64,000 bases of DNA from an uncultured delta proteobacterium (GTDB taxonomy: Bacteria > Myxococcota > Myxococcia > Myxococcales > Myxococcaceae). Each line of letters begins with the position of its first letter. The stretch's first letter is position 1. This document shows, piece after piece, positions 42,613 to 51,051 of the stretch. The notes beneath the pieces are model-generated. The model was not told the DNA's origin. It made no database searches and saw nothing but the letters and a program-made list of their open reading frames with translations. The DNA is taken from NCBI GenBank assembly GCA_963771175.1, contig CAVYSY010000001.1, forward strand, positions 96,001-160,000. The letters are read 5' to 3'. A program made the translations under genes and the position numbers.

Positions 42613-45600
42613 TCACTGCTGGCCGGCGCGGGACAGCACCCCGCGCCGCATGCGTGTCTGCGCCAGTCGCGCGAAGAGCAGCAGCTTCCGCTCCGCGGCG
42701 TACTTCTCCAGCACCTGGAGCTGCTCCTGGGCCGCCTTGGCGTGGCCCGCTTGCGCCTCCACCTCCGCGAGCGCGAGCCGCGCGTCACACTCGGCCAGCA
42801 CGCTGCCCAACTGCCCGGCTTCCGCCACCGTGGCCTGGAGCTGAATGTTGGCGTCCGCGTCCTGCTCGGCCGAGGCCACGAGGGCTGACGTGACCGCCCA
42901 GGCCAATTTCACCAGGGCGTTCTGGTTCGCCCTCGCGAGCGGTTCCGCCCGCTCGCACGCGGCCCGCGCGTCCGCGAGGCGCCCCTGCGCCAGTCCCACC
43001 CGCGCCAGCAGGAGGGCCGCCTCGGCCTCTCCGTCCCGCACCTTCAGCGTCTTGAAGGTCTCCTCCGCCTCTCGCAGAAGCCGTGTGGCCTCTTCCGCAC
43101 GCCCTTCTTCCAGCGCGAGCCGCCCGAGCGCGATCTGCGCTAGCGCCAGCTCGCTCCGCCCGCCCGCCTGCTTGCGGATCCGCACCGCCTCCTCGAGGAG
43201 GCCGCGGGCACGGACGAGCTCATCCGACAGCATCGCCACGTTCCCGGTGGACACCAGATTGTAGGCGATCATCCGCTGGTCCCCGATGGCCTGGGCGGAC
43301 TCGGTGCTCTCCGCGAAGTGCTTCTGCGCGATCGCCAGGTCCCCGGTCTCCAGGTAGAGGGTGCCGAGGATCCACTGGCCCGCGTGCATGCTGTAGCGGT
43401 ACTCCGTCTCCCGGCTCAGGCGAATGCCCTCGACGGCCAGCTCCTTTCCCTTCTGGAACGCCCCCTGGTGGTGGTGGATGACGGCGAGATTGACGAGCGC
43501 CCCGGCCTCCACGCGGCGGTTGCCGAGCTCGTGAGCGATCCCCACGGACTCCTCGAACAGTGCCTTGGCCCCCGCCAGATCTCCTTGCATCAACAGGCAG
43601 TCCGCGAAGCCGTGGAGTCCGGTGGCCACGCCCTGCCGGTAGCCGAGCTCCCGCCAGATGCGCACGGCCTCGCCGAACAGCCGCTTGGCCTCCTCGTAGT
43701 CCCCCGCGCCGTGGGCGATGATGGCCATCTGCTTGAGCGTCTTGGCCTCGGCGTTCCGGTCCCCGGCGGCGGTGAAGATGCGGCGGGCCTCCTCGCAGAT
43801 AGCGAGGGCCTCCTCGGGGGGCTTGCCCAGACGCAGCAGCGCGTGTCCCTTCACCGAGAGGGCCTGCGCCACCAGCAGTCGCGCGCCTTGCTCCGTGCCC
43901 TCCTTCGCCGCCCGACCCGCCGCCTCCAGCGCGCCCTTGTAGTCGGACGTGGCGTCCATCACCTCGGCCTGGGCGAGGTGGAGCCGGCCCCGTTCCGAAG
44001 CCGAGGCGGGGAGCTGCTGGAGCTCCTCCAGCACACCGAGCGCGTCCCGGCCATGCCCACCGGAGAGCTGCGCGGAGGCCAGCTTCAGGCCGTAGTCGAG
44101 GTTGTCCGGATAGGTCTTGTAGAGGGTGTCGTAGATGTCGATCGCCTTGTCCCACTCCTTGCCGAACTCGCGCAGGCGTCCGTCCACCAGGAGGCGATCC
44201 GCGCGGTTCAGGGTGCCGGCCAGCGCGAGGGCCTTCTGTGCCTCCTCCAGCGCGCGGGTGTCATAGCCGAGCGTGGACCAGGCCTCCGCCAGGGCGGAGT
44301 GGGCCAGGGCGTACTGGGGATCCGCCTCCACGGCCTGCGTGAGCCGCTCCTGGGCCAGGAGCGTGTCATAGCTGCGGAGGTGGGAGAGCCCCTCGGCGTA
44401 GTACCGCAGCGCGTCCGCGTTGGCCGGCAGCGAGGCTCGCGCGTCCGGGCTGTTGGAGGTGGCGTCTTCGGCGCCGAGACGTCCACGAAGGCGCGCGCCC
44501 ATCCGGGAGATGAGCTTGAGCACATCCTCCATCATATCGGTCTCCGTGAGGGTGGTGAGGGTGTCACCAGTCGCGGTGTCCTGGAGCCGCACCACCAGTC
44601 GGAGCTGCCCGCCCGAGGAGCCCGGGACCGCCAGGTACGAGCCCAGCACGACGTAGTCCGTGCCGAGGTTCGCGTGGAGCCTTGCCAGGGTGTCCCTGGA
44701 GAGCCCGTCGCTGTCCTTCAGGGCCAGCTCCTGCTTGAGGCGGATGACGTTCTCGCCGGGGATGGTCCGGAGATCCTCCACGGCCGCCAGCTCCGCGAGC
44801 AGCATCTCGGCGAGCGCGGGGGACAGCCAGGCCACGTCCGGGTTCCCCGAGAGGTTCTTGAAGCCGAGCACCGCCACGACCCGGCGGGATCGGCTCTCTC
44901 CCCGAGGTGCCCGGCCGCCAACCAGCAGCCGGAGACCGGGACACGACACCACACCGGTGGCGCCCGCGAGCAGGAGTGCCCCCGCGGTGAGGAGGACGGT
45001 CCTCCGCCGCACCCGTGACGGCGCGAACCCCGGGGCGCGCGCGCGTCGCACCTTGTGGCCATCTCCGGGCGGCGGCGACAGGGGCGCGAAGCCCGGTATG
45101 CCTACCTCACAAATCTCGGTCGGTTCCTCCACTCCGGCGAAGACGTATGGCCCGTGGACCACCCACTCGGGGGCGCGCTCGGAATGGCTGGTGCCCACGA
45201 AGGCCCGGCGAGCCAGGTCGAAGGCGGCGCGCGTCATCAGCGTCTGTCGGGCGATCGCCAGTGACATGGTGCGGGCCGCCACCGGCTTGGCCAGTCCCTC
45301 GACCTCCACGGGCTTGGCTCCCCGTGCCACCGCGGCCGGTGGATTCTCGTGGAGGAACACCTCGCCCAGGTGGATGCCCGCCCGTGCCGCCAGCGGCACA
45401 CCCAGCTCCACGCCCAACGCGGCCAACGCCTGGTGGTAGGCGAGCGCGTAGCGGGTCGCATCCACCGGCCGGTCGAAGAGGAGGAGGAAGCCGTCGGTCT
45501 TGTCGATCTCCTGGCCCCCGTGCGCGCGGAGCAGGTCGCGGGCAAGCCGGTCGTGACGGTTGAAGAGCTGCGCGGCGCGGGTATCGCCCAGCGTCTCCAC

Positions 45601-46440
45601 CATTCGGGTGCTCTCGACGAGATCCGTCATCAGCAGGGTGCGGATGGCGATGCTCGGCTGGGCGGCAACGGTCAGCGCCCGGCTCACCTGGCGGGCGCTG
45701 GCGAAGCGGGCGTGCGGGTCGCGATCGAGACAGCAGAGGATGGCCTCGCGCCATCCCGGGTCCATCCCCGCGAGCCGGGGGAGCAGGGCCCCGTCGAGCA
45801 CCTCCGGGGAGGGCCGCTCGCCCGTCACCATCTCCAGGAGAACGGCGCCGAGTGCCCAGAGGTCGGAGCGGGTCGTCGCCGGTGCGCCCTCGCGCTGCTC
45901 GGGGGCGGGGTGGGGCAGCTCGGTCGCGGAGGGTTCGCGGCCCAGCTCGAAACCCATCACCAGGGCGCGGAGTCCGGCCCCACCGGGCACCAGCACCACG
46001 CGGGAGCTCGAGAGCGCCCGGTGGACGAGCCCCGCCTCGTGGGCCGCCGCCAGTCCTTCGACGAGCTGGTTGGCCAGCGCCAGCGCCTCCGGCCCCATCA
46101 GCCGTCCCCGGTGACGCAGGTGCTGCTCGAGCGTCTCGCCCTCCAGGAACTCCGTCACGAGGAAGGTGGACTCGGTGCCGGACGCGTCACGGTCGCGGAC
46201 GAGATCCAGCACCCGGCTGACGTTGGCATGTGACACGCCGCGGGCCTGGTTGAACTCGCGTCGCAGCCGCGTCATGGCTTCCGCGGAGGCGGCCACTTCC
46301 GGGCGCATGCGAGTGAGCATGACGGGCTGCTCGAGCGTGAGGTCGAGCGCCTCGTGGACATCCTCCCAGCCGGGACGGGCGATGCTCCGCCGCAGCAGGT
46401 AGCGCTGGGCAATGAGCTGCTCGTCCACCTTAGAAGTCAT
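42613..46440 (-). CDS. Fusion of pseudokinase, class III nucleotide cyclase, TM, TolB-N-like domain and TPR array
   Basis: Kinase fold with degenerate motifs (HRALSSSRV, MGFEL, SDLWALG); cyclase TLLMTDLVES...DKTDGFLLLF...RAGIHLGEV...GLAKPVAAR; TM TVLLTAGALLLAGATG; VAVLGFKNLSG; many TPRs. Confidence 0.85.
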   Translation of the reverse strand: MTSKVDEQLIAQRYLLRRSIARPGWEDVHEALDLTLEQPVMLTRMRPEVAASAEAMTRLRREFNQARGVSHANVSRVLDLVRDRDASGTESTFLVTEFLEGETLEQHLRHRGRLMGPEALALANQLVEGLAAAHEAGLVHRALSSSRVVLVPGGAGLRALVMGFELGREPSATELPHPAPEQREGAPATTRSDLWALGAVLLEMVTGERPSPEVLDGALLPRLAGMDPGWREAILCCLDRDPHARFASARQVSRALTVAAQPSIAIRTLLMTDLVESTRMVETLGDTRAAQLFNRHDRLARDLLRAHGGQEIDKTDGFLLLFDRPVDATRYALAYHQALAALGVELGVPLAARAGIHLGEVFLHENPPAAVARGAKPVEVEGLAKPVAARTMSLAIARQTLMTRAAFDLARRAFVGTSHSERAPEWVVHGPYVFAGVEEPTEICEVGIPGFAPLSPPPGDGHKVRRARAPGFAPSRVRRRTVLLTAGALLLAGATGVVSCPGLRLLVGGRAPRGESRSRRVVAVLGFKNLSGNPDVAWLSPALAEMLLAELAAVEDLRTIPGENVIRLKQELALKDSDGLSRDTLARLHANLGTDYVVLGSYLAVPGSSGGQLRLVVRLQDTATGDTLTTLTETDMMEDVLKLISRMGARLRGRLGAEDATSNSPDARASLPANADALRYYAEGLSHLRSYDTLLAQERLTQAVEADPQYALAHSALAEAWSTLGYDTRALEEAQKALALAGTLNRADRLLVDGRLREFGKEWDKAIDIYDTLYKTYPDNLDYGLKLASAQLSGGHGRDALGVLEELQQLPASASERGRLHLAQAEVMDATSDYKGALEAAGRAAKEGTEQGARLLVAQALSVKGHALLRLGKPPEEALAICEEARRIFTAAGDRNAEAKTLKQMAIIAHGAGDYEEAKRLFGEAVRIWRELGYRQGVATGLHGFADCLLMQGDLAGAKALFEESVGIAHELGNRRVEAGALVNLAVIHHHQGAFQKGKELAVEGIRLSRETEYRYSMHAGQWILGTLYLETGDLAIAQKHFAESTESAQAIGDQRMIAYNLVSTGNVAMLSDELVRARGLLEEAVRIRKQAGGRSELALAQIALGRLALEEGRAEEATRLLREAEETFKTLKVRDGEAEAALLLARVGLAQGRLADARAACERAEPLARANQNALVKLAWAVTSALVASAEQDADANIQLQATVAEAGQLGSVLAECDARLALAEVEAQAGHAKAAQEQLQVLEKYAAERKLLLFARLAQTRMRRGVLSRAGQQ

Positions 46441-46582
46441 TCATCCCGTCCGGAAACCAGAGGCGCCGGATTCTGCCACATGCCCGGAGTCGGCACAGGA
46501 CGTATCCGATGACGGTTGGCCCATATCCACGAAGCGGTCTTGCTTGTTGCCTCCTCCCCTCGGGACTACATTCGCGCACCCA

Positions 46583-48451
46583 ATGAGGATAGCTCTCGTC
46601 GTGATGCCGCTCGCGGCGGCGGATCGCCCGAGCTTGGCGGTGGGGCTGCTGCAAGCTGCGCTGAAGGCCCGGGGCTTCGAGTGCCACGCCAAATACTTCA
46701 ACGTCCTGCTCTGGAAGATGTTGGGCCAGGAGGCGTACGGCGGGCTCGCCCAGCGCGCGTCGATGACGTGCCTGGGGGGTGAGTGGGCGTTCTCGCAAGC
46801 CTACTGGGGCACGCGCTTTTCCCACTGGGAGTCCTTCTCGCGCGAGGTTCTCGAGCATCCCGTCTGGGGCGCGAGCTCCGAGGAGCGCGAGTCCATCTGG
46901 CGGCTGAAGGAGCTGGCCCCCGCCTTCTTGCGTCTGGCCTTCGAGTCCTGTGACTGGGGCCAGTACGATCTCGTGGGCTTCACCAGCACGTTCGAGCAGA
47001 CGATGCCGAGTCTGTGTCTTGCCCGGATGATCCGCGAGCGCTACCCGCGGGTGCGGCTGGTGATGGGAGGCGCCAACTTCGAGGGCCGGATGGGGCGGCC
47101 GTACCTGGAGCACTTCGACTTCCTGGACTACGTGTCGACGGGGGAGGCGGACGACTCGTTCCCGCGCCTGTGCGAGAACCTCCGAGCGGGCCGGCGGGAG
47201 GTGCCGCCGGGCTTTCTCCATCGCGAGGGGGGCGAGCTCCGGGACTCACCGAGGGAGCGGGCCACGGGGCCCACCGCTCTCGACGCGCTGCCGACGCCGG
47301 ATTTCGAGGACTACTTCCGGGTGGCGAGTGCCAGCACGCCCGGGGGCCAATCGCTGGTGAACTGGCTGCCGGTGGAGGCTTCGCGGGGATGCTGGTGGGG
47401 CGAGCGCTCCCACTGCACCTTCTGTGGCCTGAACGGCGAGACGATGGCCTTCCGGAAGAAGAGCTGGCGCCGGGTAGTGGACGAGTCGGAGGAGCTGGTC
47501 CGGCGTCACGGCGTGGGCGCGCTCCAGTTCGCGGACAACATCCTGGCGATGAGCTACTTCGAGGAGCTGCTCCCCTTCTGGGCGAAGCAGCCGGAGGGCC
47601 CGTACAAGTTCTTCGAGATCAAATCCAACCTGAAGCGCCGCCAGGTGGGCCTGCTCCGGGAGGCGAAGGTCACGAGGGTGCAGGCCGGGGTGGAGAGCCT
47701 CCTGGATGGGACGCTCAAGCTGATGCGCAAGGGGGTGACCGGCGCGCAGAACGTGGCGCTCCTCCGCTGGTGTACGGAGCTCGGCATCCACCCCTCGTGG
47801 AACCTGCTCTACGGCTTCCCGGGGGAGGACCTGGCCGGGTACGCCGAGCAGCGCGCGCTGATGGAGAAGCTCGTCCACCTCGCGCCGCCCGTGGCCTGTG
47901 CCCCCATTCGCATGGATCGCTTCAGCCCCAACTTCATGAGCTGGCGTGAGCACGGCTTCGCCCGGATGGAGCCCATGCCCGCGTACCGGCATGTGTTCCC
48001 GTTCCCGGAGGACACGCTCCGCGAGCTGGCCTACTTCTTCCAGTACGAGCATTCGCGGTTCGGGCAGGCGTTGGAGCTGGGTTCCGGGCTGGAGGCGTTC
48101 CGACAGTCCTGGGTGGAGCGGGCCGGGCGCGGCGAGAGCGGGGAGCTGGCGGTGAAGCCCCATTGGCAGGGGGGCTATGTCCTGGTGGACACCCGTTTCA
48201 CGCATCCACGCTCCGCGGTCCGGTTGGACGAGGACACGCTGGCGCTGTTGCTCGCGTGTGATGCGCCCACCTCTCAGGAGGCGGCGCTGAAGAGCGCGGT
48301 CCAGGCCCGGTCGGGCAGGGCGGCCGAGCTCTCGGCCAGGCTGACGGAGCTTCTCGCGCAGAACGTGATCGCGCGGGTGGGGTCTCTCATGGTCACATTG
48401 GCGCTGTTGCCAGAAGGGCTGTCGCTGCAGCCGCTTCGTCGTGCAACCTAG
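46583..48451 (+). CDS. Cobalamin-binding radical SAM enzyme, RiPP-maturation C-methyltransferase type (TIGR03975-like)
   Basis: MPLAAADRPSLAVGLL, VGFTSTFEQ and MGGANFEG (B12-binding domain); EASRGCWWGERSHCTFCGLNG (Cx7Cx2C); DNIL, FEIKSNL, QAGVES, WNLLYGFPGE, DRFSP. Confidence 0.9.
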   Translation: MRIALVVMPLAAADRPSLAVGLLQAALKARGFECHAKYFNVLLWKMLGQEAYGGLAQRASMTCLGGEWAFSQAYWGTRFSHWESFSREVLEHPVWGASSEERESIWRLKELAPAFLRLAFESCDWGQYDLVGFTSTFEQTMPSLCLARMIRERYPRVRLVMGGANFEGRMGRPYLEHFDFLDYVSTGEADDSFPRLCENLRAGRREVPPGFLHREGGELRDSPRERATGPTALDALPTPDFEDYFRVASASTPGGQSLVNWLPVEASRGCWWGERSHCTFCGLNGETMAFRKKSWRRVVDESEELVRRHGVGALQFADNILAMSYFEELLPFWAKQPEGPYKFFEIKSNLKRRQVGLLREAKVTRVQAGVESLLDGTLKLMRKGVTGAQNVALLRWCTELGIHPSWNLLYGFPGEDLAGYAEQRALMEKLVHLAPPVACAPIRMDRFSPNFMSWREHGFARMEPMPAYRHVFPFPEDTLRELAYFFQYEHSRFGQALELGSGLEAFRQSWVERAGRGESGELAVKPHWQGGYVLVDTRFTHPRSAVRLDEDTLALLLACDAPTSQEAALKSAVQARSGRAAELSARLTELLAQNVIARVGSLMVTLALLPEGLSLQPLRRAT

Positions 48452-48465
48452 GAGGGGAACAACGC

Positions 48466-48796
48466 ATGTCGAATCTCATCAGGTATCTGCTCACCGTGGA
48501 TTCCACGACGGGAGCAACGGTGAAGGTGGAGCGGTTGGGAGAGGCGGGCGAGCTCACGGAGGTTCCCGTCGGAGTCGATCCCCAGTCCACAGGGGATGGT
48601 CACCCCGTCGTCACCGCAGTCCGTGGTGGTCAACATCTACATGGGCGGGCCCCAGCCCACGGTGACAACCGGCCCGGCCCATCCGTCGCAGAAGGGCGGA
48701 GCCACGGTCCGGAGCGGCTCTCCTTCCCTTTCCGATGCCGAGCCGCCGCCGCCGGACATCATCCCGGGCGGTGGTTCGCACCGCGAGGGTAGCTAG
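48466..48796 (+). CDS. Small orphan protein (~110 aa), candidate RiPP precursor; probable frameshift near 48570
   Basis: GGAGG RBS right after the rSAM stop. N-part MSNLIRYLLTVDSTTGATVKVERLGEAGELTEVP; codon bias then continues in frame 48596-48796 (SPQSVVVNIYMGGPQP...PPPPDIIPGGGSHREGS). Confidence 0.6.
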
Positions 48797-48832
48797 GGGC
48801 ATCGCGCGGCGGTGGTGGGGAAGGAGGGCGGT

Positions 48833-49777
48833 CTACTTCCTTCCCAGCTCGGAGCGGAGCTGCTGGATGGCCATGAGCAGCGGCGGCGGCTGCATGCTGG
48901 CCGGCACCTCCACCGCGAAGCGCTCGAACTTCTCCAGCGCGCTCGCCTTGTCGCCCCGGCGCACCGCGAGCGCGCCCACGAACAGCAGCGCCTCCTGGGC
49001 GTCCGGGTACGTGTCCACCAGCTTCATCAGCTCCTGCTCCGCGCCGGTCTCGTCGCCGCGCACGGCCCGCAGCACGCCCTTGTGGACCCGCAGCTCCACA
49101 TGGAAGGGATCCACCGCCAGCCCGCGCAGCGTGACGCGCTCGGCGTCCTCGTACATCTGCTGCCGGATGAGCTCGTGGCTCAGCAGGGATGCGGCATCCA
49201 GGTCCGACGGATTGGCCTTCACGCGCTCCCACGCCTCGGCCATCTCCTGGTCCATCTGCGGCTCGCCCTGCTGCTGCGCGTTCGCCGCCATGCCCGGAGG
49301 CACCCGGCCGGTCGCCGAGTCTTCCTCGCCGCGCGGACGCTGCTCGGACACCAGCAGGTAGCCCAGGAAGCCGAAGAACAGCACGATGGCCGCGCCCCAC
49401 AGCGCGCCCTGGAGCTGGGGCGAGAGGGCGCCCTGGGACACGGGCGCCGACCGCGGCGCGGACGCCGTGTCTCCGCCGCCCTGCTTCTTCAGGTGCTCGT
49501 CCTTGGCGCGCAGCGCCGCCGCGGCCTCCAGCTCCAGCCGCGTGCGCTCGGCCTCGTACCGCTCCGTCGGGAGCGAGTGCTTGTCCGCCGCCAGCTCCTT
49601 GAGCTGCTCGATGAGGGACTGGTAGCGCCGCTCCAGGTCCTCGAGCGCACCGTCACGTGGCGCCTGCGCGCTCGCGGCCTTGCTGCGGCTCACGAAGAGG
49701 AAGAACGCCGCGGTGACGAAGCCCACCGCGAGCACGATGATGCCAGGCAGCCAGTTGGTGGTGGTCGAAGGGTTCAT
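48833..49777 (-). CDS. ccmI: CcmI/CycH-like TPR protein (cytochrome c maturation)
   Basis: Two TMs flanking a leucine-zipper loop (QLKELAAD...YEAERTRLE), then TPRs; coupled to ccmH. Confidence 0.7.
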   Translation of the reverse strand: MNPSTTTNWLPGIIVLAVGFVTAAFFLFVSRSKAASAQAPRDGALEDLERRYQSLIEQLKELAADKHSLPTERYEAERTRLELEAAAALRAKDEHLKKQGGGDTASAPRSAPVSQGALSPQLQGALWGAAIVLFFGFLGYLLVSEQRPRGEEDSATGRVPPGMAANAQQQGEPQMDQEMAEAWERVKANPSDLDAASLLSHELIRQQMYEDAERVTLRGLAVDPFHVELRVHKGVLRAVRGDETGAEQELMKLVDTYPDAQEALLFVGALAVRRGDKASALEKFERFAVEVPASMQPPPLLMAIQQLRSELGRK

Positions 49778-50271
49778 TGATCCAGCTCCCGGCGCACGGC
49801 CGCGAGGTACGGGTCCACGGAGTCGTTGGTGGAAGAGGGGGCAGCGGGCGTGGGAGGCGCGGCCGCCGGGGCGGACGGCTCGGGCTCGCGCCGCACCTGC
49901 CGGTAGATGACGAAGCCTCCGCCGAGCAGCAGGACCACGGGCCCCAGCCACACGAAGAGGTTGAAGCCCTCGGCCTTGGGCTGCAGCAGCACCCACTCAC
50001 CGTAGCGGGCCACGAAGTACTCGCGGACCTCCTGGTCCGACTTCCCGGCGGACACGAGCTCGCGGATTTTATCGAGCTGGGCGCGGGCCATGGAGGAGGG
50101 GCTGTCCGCGACGGACAGGCCCTGGCACACGGCGCAGCGCAGCTCCTTGCCGAGTGTCTGGACGCGGGCCTCCAGGGGAGGCGCGAGGGGTTCACTTCCG
50201 GCCTGCTGGGGCGCGTACTGGCCCGTGGCGATGCCGAGGAAGAGGGTGAGCGAGAGGAGGGCAGCGGTCAT
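49774..50271 (-). CDS. ccmH: Cytochrome c-type biogenesis protein CcmH/CycL
   Basis: ELRCAVCQGLSVADS, YFVARYGEWVLLQP, C-terminal TM WLGP. Confidence 0.92.
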   Translation of the reverse strand: MTAALLSLTLFLGIATGQYAPQQAGSEPLAPPLEARVQTLGKELRCAVCQGLSVADSPSSMARAQLDKIRELVSAGKSDQEVREYFVARYGEWVLLQPKAEGFNLFVWLGPVVLLLGGGFVIYRQVRREPEPSAPAAAPPTPAAPSSTNDSVDPYLAAVRRELDQ

Positions 50272-50391
50272 GGGTGGGCCAAGGGCTCACCTACCTATCG
50301 CTACTGGCCGGGTGTTGCCCAGGGAAACCCGAGGGCAGGGGAGCGACCTGCGTGCCCGCCCGCCCGCTGTCCGGGGGCCGAGGGGGGGCTG

Positions 50392-50808
50392 CTAGGAGGC
50401 GGCGGACTCGTGCTGCCCCCGCCCGTGCCGCATCTGCCGCAGGCGCAGCAGGCCGGTGGCCATGAGGCCCAGCAGGCGGAACTCGGCCGGCTCCAGCTTC
50501 TTCACGGTGCGGACCAGCCGGCGGATTTCGGCGGGCTCCTCGGTGGGTCGGGGCGGGGCTTCCTTGGCCCAGAAGTTCTCCTGGGCGGGCGTGAGCCCCA
50601 GCAGCACGTCCGAGGGGATGCGCAGGGTCTCGCACAGCTTCCGGAGCGTGGGGACGCTGGGCAGCATGCCGCCGCGCTCCAGCCTGCCGTACACCTCGGT
50701 GGCGAGCCCCACCCGCTCGGCCACGTCCTCCTGGGTGAGATTGGCTCGGACTCGCGCGGCTCTTGCCGCTGTACCGATGGTCGCTGCCAGTCCTCGTGGG
50801 AGAGCCAT
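50392..50808 (-). CDS. XRE-family HTH transcriptional regulator
   Basis: ARVRANLTQEDVAERVGLATEVYGRLERGGMLPSVPTLRKLCETL. Confidence 0.92.
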   Translation of the reverse strand: MALPRGLAATIGTAARAARVRANLTQEDVAERVGLATEVYGRLERGGMLPSVPTLRKLCETLRIPSDVLLGLTPAQENFWAKEAPPRPTEEPAEIRRLVRTVKKLEPAEFRLLGLMATGLLRLRQMRHGRGQHESAAS

Positions 50809-50851
50809 ATGCCGTGCAGTCCTGGGTGGTGGGGGGGGCGCCGGGGTGACG

Positions 50852-50923
50852 TGACTTTAAAGATAACCGGAATAATGGTGACTTCAAGAGTCATGTGTGA
50901 GGAAGATATGACTCCGGAGGTCA
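50852..50923. promoter_or_regulatory. Three TGACT-N6-(G/A)T(C/A)A palindromic operator-like boxes between the XRE and kinase genes
   Basis: TGACTTTAAAGATAA (50852-50866), TGACTTCAAGAGTCA (50879-50893) and TGACTCCGGAGGTCA (50909-50923) in an AT-richer intergenic region. Confidence 0.6.
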
Positions 50924-51051
50924 GTGTTCGGACATTGGCCCGCCTCCAGCCTCGTCATCCTTGTTGTCCCGTCATCCTTCTTGGTCGTTCGTGAAGCGCA
51001 TGTTCACCTTTCGAGTCGTCTCGCCGACATCTCGGCGAAGGAGCTGCCCGC

